NCBI RefSeq assembly: GCF_001194135.2
Contig: NC_069007.1
Span: 2,367,959 to 2,405,760 of the forward strand
From: Octopus bimaculoides
Lineage: Eukaryota
Direction of reading: 5' to 3'
DNA: 37,802 nucleotides
The notes under the pieces are model-generated. The model was given only the letters and a program-made list of their open reading frames with translations. It ran no database searches and had not been told where the DNA came from. This document shows, piece by piece, positions 12,720-23,067 of this stretch (position 1 is its first letter; every line of letters starts with the position of its first letter). A program made the translations under genes and the position numbers.

Positions 12720-13629
12720 AACAACAATATTAATAATAACCACCAAGGCAACATCAACGCCCTCTCAACGAATATCCAGAGATGATTTTTTTAACTGAGA
12801 ATATCTTAAATAAACTCGACTGCTCTCACAAACAAGAATACGAAAATTGAACCCGACTGCTCTCAAAAATTAAGTAAAATAACCGGAAAAATAATCCAGA
12901 ATCCTTGTCCGGTACCTCATCGATCCTAATGGTATTTATGAGATGTGAAGGTGGTGGTAGAAAATTTAGTAACAGTAATAAATAATTTATCCTTATCTAA
13001 ACAAGACAAAGTTAACAAATTCACCATTCAAAATAGTTTAAAAGGCCGAGGTAATAATAATAAGTTCTACACAGGAATTTTTCAATGAATAGCATGAGAT
13101 ATTTTGGTTTTCTCTTCTCTTAAATTCCGGTCTTCTTTTAGTATCCCTGTTGTTTTAGATCGATGTATAGATGTATGTATATGTGTAAGTATACTGCAAA
13201 CTGTTAATATGTATGTATAATATATGATAAAAATATGTTAGTGTTATTTAATTTCTGAACGGTTTGTTGCAGTTTGTTTATGTAATTTGATTTCTTTATC
13301 CATCAGTTTCTACTAAGATTGAGACGCGAGTGAAATTAATAATAAAGAAACAAAAATAAAACTTTGGAAACAGTCTAAAGGGAAATAATTGAGAAAGACC
13401 TGAAAGTGAACGTAAGATCGTAATCATGTAAAGTAAATATATCAAATATTCCAGAATCCTTCTTCGGTACCGGATCGATCCCAAAATCTAATCAGTTCGT
13501 GCCAGTCACGAGGCCAAACATCCCCAAACGTTTCATCCGAGTCCATCCAGCGGTTTTTGATATATCTTGTCCACGGACAAACAAACACGACTAAAAACAA
13601 TAGCCCCGTCTTCGCTGAAGCAGAAGTAA
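12720..13629 (-). mobile_element. Possible non-autonomous Helentron/HINE-like element (composite or partly duplicated)
   Basis: tccagaatcctt.t.cggtacc..atcgatcc present twice (~12896, ~13449); internal short repeat cgactgctctca x2; (CAAA)n tract near the end; degraded terminal hairpin gtcttcgctgaagc next to an (AAT)n run. Confidence 0.35.
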
Positions 13630-13640
13630 TAATAATAATC

Positions 13641-13686
<46 letters not shown>

Positions 13687-13692
13687 TAATAA
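13627..13692. repeat. (AAT)n microsatellite
   Basis: Direct reading. Confidence 0.95.
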
Positions 13693-13704
13693 TCTATTCT
13701 ACTA

Positions 13705-13846
13705 TAGGTACAAGACCTGAAATTATAAGGGAGAGGGCTATTCAATTACAGTGCTCAAATAGTATTTATTTCATCGACCCCGAAAGGATGAAAGGCAAAG
13801 TCAACCTTGGTTGCATTTAAACTCAGAGCGTAGAAGCAGACGAAAT
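13705..13846 (-). mobile_element. SINE family B copy
   Basis: tcgaccccgaaaggatgaaaggcaaagtcaaccttgg...aaactcagagcgtag matches other family B copies. Confidence 0.85.
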
Positions 13847-13849
13847 AAG

Positions 13850-13960
13850 GGGCGAGTGGCACTTTGTCTGTTATCACGCTCTGAGTTCAAATTCCGCCTA
13901 AGTTGACTTTGCCTTACATTCTTTCGGGGTCGATAAAATAAGTACTAGTTGAACAATGGT
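13850..13960 (+). mobile_element. SINE family B copy, head-to-head with the preceding copy
   Basis: ctgagttcaaattccgcc (B box)...ctttcggggtcgataaaataagtac. Confidence 0.85.
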
Positions 13961-13965
13961 GTCAA

Positions 13966-14111
13966 TTATTTACATTATTTACATTTGACGGATATTTGTC
14001 CTCATCGTGTTTGTTGTTAACACAACATTTCGGCTGATATAGCCTCCAGCCTTCATCAGGTGTCTTGGGGAAATTTCAAACCTGGGTTCTCATTCCTCAG
14101 GTATTTTTTGA

Positions 14112-14160
<49 letters not shown>
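13966..14160 (-). mobile_element. Short hammerhead-bearing retroelement (Penelope pLTR-, retrozyme- or SINE-like)
   Basis: On the minus strand: (AAT)n, ~50-nt leader, hammerhead core, ~35-nt 3' region, then a (TGTAAATAA)x2 tail at 13966-13983. Confidence 0.65.
14019..14064 (-). ncRNA. Minimal type I hammerhead ribozyme
   Basis: Minus strand: GACAC-CUGAUGA-A-GGCUG-GAGGCUAUAU-CAGCC-GAAA-U-GUU^GUGUU. Stem I GACAC/GUGUU, stem II GGCUG/CAGCC, both conserved core boxes, loopless stem III, NUH triplet GUU. Confidence 0.75.
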
Positions 14161-14162
<2 letters not shown>

Positions 14163-14369
14163 TTTCTGAACTTCGGAGTTCAACAGCTGCTAGATATACG
14201 GACATGATATTGGACATCATCCAATATTTAAATTATTTTGTACAACGGATGAGTAACGGGAGAAAACAAAACAAACTGATTTAATTACGCCCCTCTCGGT
14301 GCTGCTGGGAGGAAATCCCATCGAAAACTTCGATCTCCCTGGCAAATTTATGAAACAATCTCCACTTAC

Positions 14370-14461
14370 CTGCTCTTCTTAATTTTCTTACTCATGTTTC
14401 CCCCTCAAACTATGAGGCATTGTGTTGGGTGAATCACTTGTTTGTCATTTAACTCTTTGTT
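14370..14461 (-). other. Candidate exon with 5'UTR and start codon (MSKKIKKS...)
   Basis: Acceptor tttacttgacttatcag, donor CAG|GTAAGT, aaacATG with an upstream in-frame stop; no partner exon identified. Confidence 0.2.
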
Positions 14462-17043
14462 CTGATAAGTCAAGTAAAGTTATATATATACGGATCTGGT
14501 TGTATCTTCTTTCAGACAATGATATTTGTTCAATCTCCATCACGGTCCGTTAGAGATTATAAAAGGCATCACGGAGATAAATCATTCTGTTTAGCGGTTC
14601 CACGTAAATACTCACTGACAAGGTTATAACATTGCTACTGGGGAGACGTCCAACATCTCGATCAAGCAGACATAGTTTATAGTCACTTTGCGAAGAATTG
14701 CTATATTCCGGTTGGGTTTCAGTCGAACTGGTTTCACATTCCTTGTTTTGATTTGCATTAGTTACGCTCCGATTACGTCTGAGTACTTTAATAAATGCAA
14801 TCGAAACCACCTTCAGGAACATAAATTTGTAATCGATTAATCATTTTTAATCACTATATTCTTGTTCATAATTATTCATCCGTTGGTCAGCCTCGATCTT
14901 ACGGAGTTATGATCAAAGTTGTTTTCGAGACATATCTAGTTCTCAGTTAATCTAGAATTACATCCATATCCTGGAATATGGCACATGCTGAGGATCAGAG
15001 TTCGTAACGCCTGAAACCGAATGCACATGAAGTCAATTGTCCGTGTGAATTTTCGTTAGATATACGTTATAGAAAACATATGCAAATAAAACGAATGAAT
15101 GGTTATATATTTCAAATTAAAGTAATATTAGATGATGTAATCACTAATTATACAGAGAAACGAAAAACCATCCATCTATATTTTCTGTTGTTTCTATTAC
15201 TCAGTGTGAACAAGTTCTTGTCTATAGTACCATTTATGGTACCATTTTGTTTTATTATGCTCGTAGCATTTAAATCTGTCGTTTACAGTCACCTATTCTA
15301 CTTGTTTTATGTCCAAACTAACCAGAATCTCGCTGCTCACATCTACCCTACAAGGTTATTCTAAGAATTAACAGTCGCATCGTGAAATCTCGAAGTTTCA
15401 AGATAATGCATGATTAATTTAAAGCATTAAATTTGACAGAATGATTTGAATGCTAAGAGATTAAACCAGTAATATTCATATTTATATATATATATATATA
15501 TATATATTTTTTGCTTCATCTACTCTCTAGTTCGAGTTCCCTAGTGTCCATGGTCCTGCAGCTTGGATCCTCTTCGTGTCTTTGTTATTTGATTGGCCAG
15601 GCAAGTAAAAACATTATTGACTCCTTGAAAGGAAATGACATCAAAACCTCACACGATGTTTTATTGAGAGACACTTCATCTTACATGAAACTGGCAAATT
15701 TAACTTTCTTGCTGTTGAATCCGAAATTTGAACATTAAGAGGAAGAATATAAAATGAACGTAATGAATATTGACAGGATCGTAGACAAGCGTTAAATAAG
15801 TAGCCAATACCACGGTGAAAAAGACAACACAATATATTAAAACAACAGAAACGTCTATGTAGTCGTTATTATGCTCTCTTCAGGACATTTAAATTAATTT
15901 TCGCCAAAATATCTATTCTATTTACCGTTAGTACTACAATATAAATACATATATATATATATATATATATANNNNNNNNNNNNNNNNNNNNNNNNNNNNN
16001 NNNNNNNNNNNNNNNNNNNNNNNNNNNNNNNNNNNNNNNNNNNNNNNNNNNNNNNNNNNNNNNNNNNNNNNNNNNNNNNNNNNNNNNNNNNNNNNNNNNN
16101 NNNNNNNNNNNNNNNNNNNNNNNNNNNNNNNNNNNNNNNNNNNNNNNNNNNNNNNNNNNNNNNNNNNNNNNNNNNNNNNNNNNNNNNNNNNNNNNNNNNN
16201 NNNNNNNNNNNNNNNNNNNNNNNNNNNNNNNNNNNNNNNNNNNNNNNNNNNNNNNNNNNNNNNNNNNNNNNNNNNNNNNNNNNNNNNNNNNNNNNNNNNN
16301 NNNNNNNNNNNNNNNNNNNNNNNNNNNNNNNNNNNNNNNNNNNNNNNNNNNNNNNNNNNNNNNNNNNNNNNNNNNNNNNNNNNNNNNNNNNNNNNNNNNN
16401 NNNNNNNNNNNNNNNNNNNNNNNNNNNNNNNNNNNNNNNNNNNNNNNNNNNNNNNNNNNNNNNNNNNNNNNNNNNNNNNNNNNNNNNNNNTATATATATA
16501 TATATATATATATGAATCTATATATAGTGCTTTTGTCGGTATTCTTATTAGGCTAAATTATTGTTAATATTAATATTATTATTTTTTTGTTTTATTTTTT
16601 GCCAAATATATTCAGTACATTTCTATTGATTTTTCCATAGTGTTGAACATACATTATATACAAAATTAAAATCCACAACAACAAAAATACAAACACAGCT
16701 AATGAATCTGATCATAGATTGCTTTAGATTTCCTGTATTTCATATTTTTTAAGAATTGGTAGAGCGCCGGATGAAATATATTCGGTGAACTTTATTAATG
16801 TTCTAAGTTCAAATTTTACCAATATTCCATATTCTCATTCATCTCATTGTCTGTAAGATTTGTTAATTCAACCAAGGCAAGTTTTGCTACAGCAAACATA
16901 GGTTTAAACGTGTTCAGTTGGAGCTAATCCTTCTCGTCTGTGTACATAGGGTTGTCTAGTCGAATCAGATTTTGAGGGAAATTTTGATAATATTTGTAGA
17001 AATTGAAATAGCGTAAAGGATTCTAGCTTACTTCGGTAATTAC

Positions 17044-17205
17044 AGGCGTGGCTGTGGGTTAGTAAGCTTGCTTCCCAAATACATGGTACTCGGTTCAGTC
17101 CCACTGCGTGGAGCCTTGGATAAGTGTCTTCTGCTATAGCCTCGGGTTGACCAAACCTTGTGAGTGGATTTGGTAGACGGAAACTGAAACAAGCCCAGCG
17201 TGAAA
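17044..17205 (+). mobile_element. SINE family A, 5' half
   Basis: caggcgtggctgtgggttagtaagc...cggttcagtcccactgcgtggagccttggataagtgtcttct...gtagacggaaactgaaac; ccttggataagtg resembles the CORE-SINE domain. Confidence 0.85.
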
Positions 17206-17764
17206 ACCACTACTTAGCTGTTATTTCTAAATTTCTGAACTTTCTTGCATAGATTACTTGATTCAACAAAATTCCACATTTTGATTATATTTCATCAACA
17301 ACCAATGAATAAAATATATTTTTATGTAGTAAATATATAGTTTTTAAATTTATTCTTCTTTGTAAGAATTCTTCTAATAATATACATGCAGCAATTTCAA
17401 TATTTGATACTGAATATATATTCTACATTTCAAGTGGATATACTTCCCAACGATGCTTATCAACTTTAGATTTCATTTTGAGAGGTACTATATTCATGAA
17501 ACGATCGTAAGAACTTTTAAGCATTAAAAAACAATAAATTTAATGACAATAAATGTGCTTTATTTATTTATTAATAAAATATTGTTTATATTGTGTACCT
17601 ATCTCAACTGTGATATTTAAGATATAACTTTTCCAACTTTTGACTCTCTAATATATATACCTTTTAACAAGGACTATACCAACTGAGGTAATTACCAGGA
17701 GTGCCTTTGGATATATCTATCCCTTAGAGGCTTTAAACCCCTCTAACTTATACCTGTATATGTT

Positions 17765-17870
17765 TGCGCCCTTTTAAAGCCTAGCCAGGCTCATGGACCC
17801 GGTTTCTTGGTTTCAGTGGCGTCTGTGTTGCCCAGCTGAATGTACTGGAGCAACGTGGAGTTCGGACTCA
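17765..17870 (-). mobile_element. SINE family C 3' fragment
   Basis: ccggtttcttggtttc...cagctgaatgtactggagcaacgtg, homologous to 9895-10030. Confidence 0.6.
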
Positions 17871-17904
17871 ACTCAACGTCAGCAACGAACATACGGATAT
17901 ATAA

Positions 17905-18055
17905 ACTGCGGGCTTCTTTCATTTTCCATCTACCAAACCTACTGACAAGGAATAGTGTATCTCAAGGCTATAGTAGACGACACTAGCGAAAACTACCAAC
18001 CTGTGGGATTGAACCCGGAAGTACGTTGTTGGGAAACAAATTTTTCATCGAATAA
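17905..18055 (-). mobile_element. SINE family A, 5' half, diverged
   Basis: cgggcttctttcattttccatctaccaaa...ggctatagtagacgacact...gggattgaacccgga. Confidence 0.75.
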
Positions 18056-18229
18056 TTTGATATATTTCGTGTGGAATTGGATTCGAAATTCGTTGTATGA
18101 ATATTATATATTATACATATAATTGACAGAGAAATATTAACATATGTCTGGGAAGTAAGACCGAAATATTATAAATATAAACGCATAAACATACACACAT
18201 TTATATGCAAATAGACATGCACATATACG

Positions 18230-18489
18230 TATATCATGCCTATATATATATATATATATATATATACAAATATTTATATTTAAATACGTAGATAGGTAAA
18301 GTCTTTACTCATTTCCTAGTTACAGCTATGCATTATCCCCATGCACTCAATTGTATATGTACGTATATATATATATGTGTGTGTTTATACGTGTGTGTGT
18401 GTGTGTAGATACATATAGATATAAATATATATACATATAAGTACAATAACTATAAAATCACATATTTTCATATATACGTACATTTTTAT

Positions 18490-18527
<38 letters not shown>
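18230..18527. repeat. (TA)/(TG) microsatellite block leading into a gap
   Basis: Direct reading. Confidence 0.9.
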
Positions 18528-19059
18528 NNNNNNNNNNNNNNNNNNNNNNNNNNNNNNNNNNNNNNNNNNNNNNNNNNNNNNNNNNNNNNNNNNNNNNNNN
18601 NNNNNNNNNNNNNNNNNNNNNNNNNNNCATATATAAATATAATACATAAATAACTGCCTATATGTAATTTCATCTATAACAACATTTATCAGGGTGGTAA
18701 AAAAAATATATAATACAAAATATTTCATGCATAAAATATTTAGAAATAACTCAATGAACATGTTAAAAAAATATCAAATTGAGACCTTTAATATATCAGC
18801 TATCTTGAATATAAATCCAATTAGTACACATAAATACTAGCTCAGTCATACATATTAAAATTCATATAATCTGACATTAAATATCGGGTTCGATACGTGA
18901 TATATATTTCTGTGAGAGAGACTGTGTGTGCGTGTATATGTGTGTACAAGTAGGTCTGTTAATACACGTCTGTATGTTTACGTAGACACATAAATATATA
19001 GATATTTATAGATGGTTGGATATTTTCGGTAAAGAATGAGATATAATGATAATCTATAC

Positions 19060-19066
19060 AGACATA

Positions 19067-19118
<52 letters not shown>

Positions 19119-19370
19119 CATACATATATTTACGTACATATATCTGTGTATGTATATAAATACATACATATATATACATACATATATCTGTATATATATA
19201 TATGATGTATATATAAGATAAAGAGTGGGATGTAGTGATAAAATATATAAATATACATGTATAAATACATATATATATTTATACATATACGTATACATGT
19301 ATATATATATATATATTTATACATATACGTATACATGTATATATATATATATATATTTATACATATACGT

Positions 19371-19409
<39 letters not shown>

Positions 19410-19454
19410 TGTATGTACATACGTACATTTATACATATACACACACATATATAC

Positions 19455-19534
<80 letters not shown>

Positions 19535-19535
19535 T
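19060..19535. repeat. Compound microsatellite with embedded ~38-40-bp minisatellite
   Basis: tttatacatatacgtatacatgta(ta)n repeated at ~19278, ~19316 and ~19356. Confidence 0.9.
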
Positions 19536-20991
19536 GCCTTAGCGCATACTCGACTGATCTGCACAAATTCAAATTTATAACGTTTATAAAGCCGTTAAGT
19601 TTTTGGTTCTGTTTTTCTTTTTATCAATTTGGTTTTACTGAACAACAAATACCTCTGGTACGGTTTTATTGATTTTAAATAAATAAAAAAAAACAAATAA
19701 CAAAAATCAGCAAAGAAATTATTCAAGTGACACCTAAAGTATATACCTGCGTAGATACATATACACACACTCGCACGCACCACCTCCAACCATCCACACA
19801 TACATGCATACATACATATATAGTTTTAAGTTGTTTTCGTCCGAAATATTAATTAGGAAAGTTATTGAGTACGAAATACTCTTTACCGTTAATTGATCAA
19901 CGGTTTATAAAACGAGATCTATTAGACGAAGAAAACATGAAACAAAACATCAAAAGAAACCGAGATTAATAACACGGCTGTTATATTCTAGTCATATTCT
20001 TAAATGCACTATTAAAGCTAAGGTTGAGTAATCTTAAAACACGGACAGCTGCTAAATATATGGATCGTGGTTTCGTTTGTGGCACGATCTCTTCAATTGT
20101 CCTGCTAATTCTTTTGCGAAATACAAGAACATTCCTAAGCCGCAATTCGCTTCTTTCCTTTGAAATACAGATTACTTGTTTCTAATCGGACTTGTATGAT
20201 AATCAAGAGAAAAGGCAGAGTGGAAGGCAGAGCATTTTACGATCGAATTTAGATCTAGAGAATTCAATAGAACTAGTGTGACGTGTTGGTTGTCGATAGA
20301 CTTAACTCATCGCAAAGCAAACGAAACCATTATTGCTAACCCGGTTACTGGCAATCCACTGGATCTGATTAAAAGAGGTCGATAAGCAGGGGCTGGGAGA
20401 ATATTGAATGAAGTATAGAAACAAGGTGATCTCTCAAGTGAAACCTCATCTTAGTGAGTGGGAAGCAATAAGAAGATGACGCAGATTTTTTTCTGATATC
20501 GCCATAAACCTGCTAATGTCCGGTACGAGCTTTTAAATAGAATCTTCTGGTTGTTTTCAAATAATATGTGCGTGTGTGTGTGTGTGTGTAACAATTACAA
20601 AGAATATGGAGACTGGAAACATCTTCAAATTTTCCTTTCCTTTTAAGTTTTCCATTTAATTATACAGCATAATTGGTTAATATTACCGACACGATTTTCT
20701 GCTGCATAGACAATGTGCAGCTGCAGCGTAACTCGCTGTTTTCTGTTACACACCTTCATTCAGTTACTTTCAACGAATGTGGGCTGAAACGAACTGAATT
20801 TATTCTTGCATGGATGAGGGGGAGATGTAGAAACATGACATAGCTATAAAAATTGACATCGCATTTGACCTGATGTCGACCTTAATTCAATGACGAAACT
20901 GAGAGATGTATATACTAAAATAACTCAAAATATATATCTATACGTCTGTATATATATCTATCTTTCCTTCTCTCTGTCTCTCTCATATATA

Positions 20992-20992
<1 letters not shown>

Positions 20993-21050
<58 letters not shown>
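20993..21050. repeat. (TG)n microsatellite
   Basis: Direct reading. Confidence 0.95.
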
Positions 21051-21055
<5 letters not shown>

Positions 21056-21215
21056 TCGCCCTTATATAACAACGAATGAATAAATGAATAAATATATTCT
21101 TGGGAATAAAAAAAATGTGTTTTTTTTCCCTTATGAATTTTTTCACGCTGGCTTCTTGATAAAATTCTTGTAAAAGATCTTATCCTATTATTTGAATTAA
21201 TTATATATATACCAG

Positions 21216-21488
21216 ACGGACACGGACTTTTTTCATGGAAGAGGCGAATTCGAGCGTTATATGCATTCATACTGTCTGGATGTTGTGAGCCCCATGTGCT
21301 CACAGTCGGAAAGTTCCATGCTAAGCCCATATCTGTCACCACAAACATATACGAAAACAGTGTATGAACGGCAAAGAACGAACGATGTAGACTCTAGGCC
21401 GAATGAGAATTTGCAATATAAAACAGAAGCAGCGTTAGATCAAATAGCTGGTCTACGGGGAGTCTTTATCTCAGCAAATATGCAATAA
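21216..21488 (+). CDS. Candidate terminal coding exon of an unidentified gene
   Basis: ccag acceptor at 21214-21215, then 90 open non-repetitive codons (TDTDFFHGRGEFERYMHSYCLDVVSPMCSQSESSMLSPYLSPQTYTKTVYERQRTNDVDSRPNENLQYKTEAALDQIAGLRGVFISANMQ*); visibly less AT-rich than the flanks; AATAAA at 21484-21489. No family recognised. Confidence 0.35.
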   Translation, partial: TDTDFFHGRGEFERYMHSYCLDVVSPMCSQSESSMLSPYLSPQTYTKTVYERQRTNDVDSRPNENLQYKTEAALDQIAGLRGVFISANMQ

Positions 21489-21692
21489 AACTATTGCAAA
21501 TCCCATAAGTAATACATACATGTAAGAGAGGCTTCTCAGTCAAAGAAATTATTTCCCGTTGTTACATGAACCTCTATAATACAGTTTCTATATATAGAGT
21601 CTACATAGAGTCAACATAAACTGTTGGCGTAGACGATAATTAAATAAAGCCCGGTTCACTGAATTAATAACAGATACATACACACGCATATA

Positions 21693-21736
<44 letters not shown>

Positions 21737-21737
21737 G

Positions 21738-21912
21738 GTACAGGCTTGATGCGTAATAAGAAGCTTGCTTCCCAACCACATGGTTCCGGGTTCAGCCCCA
21801 CTGTGTGGCAATTTGGGTAGTTGTCTTCTACTATAGTATCGAGTCGACTAAATCCTTGTGAGTAGATTTGGTCGACGGAAACTGAAAGAAACCTGTCGTA
21901 TATATATATATA

Positions 21913-21949
<37 letters not shown>

Positions 21950-22110
21950 CGTGTTTGTGTCCATCACCACTGGACAACCGGTATTGGTGTGTTTACATCA
22001 CCGTAAATTAGTGGCACGTCAATACACCGATAGAAAAAGTACCAGGCTTAACGGATAAGTATTGATTTGGATTCATTCGGCTAAATATTCAAGGCGGTGC
22101 GCCAGCAACT
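21738..22110 (+). mobile_element. SINE family A, near full length
   Basis: ccacatggttccgggttcagccccactg...ggaaactgaaagaaacctgtcg, (TA)/(GA) tract, 3' body, truncated tail caaggcggtgcgccagca. Confidence 0.85.
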
Positions 22111-22111
22111 C

Positions 22112-22454
22112 GTGAAAGTGGACACAAAACGTACAGTGTTGCATAAAGAATTGTATTTTCGTCCGTGAAAACCCGATTATGTGCACGAGTCAAATCCTGA
22201 AGACTGTAACCGCAGAAGTCCAGAAGTCCAAAACTCCAAGACGTTCGGATCTCACTCCATGTGATTTTAACCTGTGGGGTTACACAAAAGAGGAGGTGTA
22301 CAAGACAAAACCTCACACACTGGAGGACTTGGAGACAGAGATTCAGGGGATTCAGAATGGTAACCCGGATAACATTCTTCAGAAGGTTGTTCATTCCATC
22401 TTTGGCCATTTGAGGAAACTGGTAGACGCCACCGGTGCTTACGTTGAAATGTGA
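22112..22454 (+). pseudogene. Internally deleted Tc1/mariner-superfamily transposase remnant
   Basis: One frame gives TVLHKELYFRP*KPDYVHESNPEDCNRR (end of the DNA-binding region). It joins, in another frame, PRRSDLTPCDFNLWGYTKEEVYKTKPHTLEDLETEI...GAYVEM*, the SPDL.P.DF.LWG motif and C-terminus. Confidence 0.85.
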
Positions 22455-22531
22455 AGATTCACTTTCATTTTCCCATGTATAAAAGAACATGCATTATTTG
22501 TTTCAATAAATTTGGAAAAGGAATATGAATG

Positions 22532-22575
<44 letters not shown>

Positions 22576-22640
22576 GACATTAACACAGACATTTCTACAT
22601 ATATCGCTCTTATCTCTATACACTTACATCCACATGTATC

Positions 22641-22687
<47 letters not shown>

Positions 22688-22990
22688 AGTAAAAATAAAT
22701 ACAAAAAAAGGTGGATTTTTTTGTATGATTGTGTATAGAGGAATATATTATTTTGCTTAAAAGAGTTCCAACACTGTCTGTTTTTTATGTTTTATTTATA
22801 TTCCTGCAGAACTAATGTGGGGTATAGAATATGGAATATACAATATATAATATAATATACAATATATAATATAAAATAAAATAAAAATGGATGGCACCAT
22901 GAAATAAAGTATTGAATGTAGATGAAATATTGAGTGTTCTATATAAAGGATCAAATATATAAATATATAAATATAAATATATATATATAA

Positions 22991-23019
22991 AGGCGACTCG
23001 AGTTTCAGGGCTATTTCCC
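22991..23019 (-). ncRNA. 3' half of a probable type I hammerhead ribozyme, truncated by a gap
   Basis: Minus strand: [gap]GGG-AAAUAG-CCC-U-GAAA-CUCGAG-UC^GCCU. Stem II, GAAA box, palindromic stem III ACUCGAGU, GUC triplet; the CUGANGA box would lie in the N gap. Confidence 0.45.
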
Positions 23020-23029
23020 NNNNNNNNNN

Positions 23030-23067
<38 letters not shown>

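Noticed and set aside
12189-12785. Long ORFs spanning N runs (also 18385-18761 and 32169-32960)
   Set aside because: Their length is an artefact of assembly gaps.
14550-14822. 90-aa minus-strand ORF, and an overlapping plus-strand exon candidate at 14516-14604
   Set aside because: No recognisable motif, weak donor and no consistent exon chain.
15540-15650. Minus-strand peptide GVNNVFTCLANQI resembling a small-GTPase C-terminal helix
   Set aside because: Too short, with an in-frame stop just upstream, an atypical AAG acceptor and no other GTPase exons in the window.
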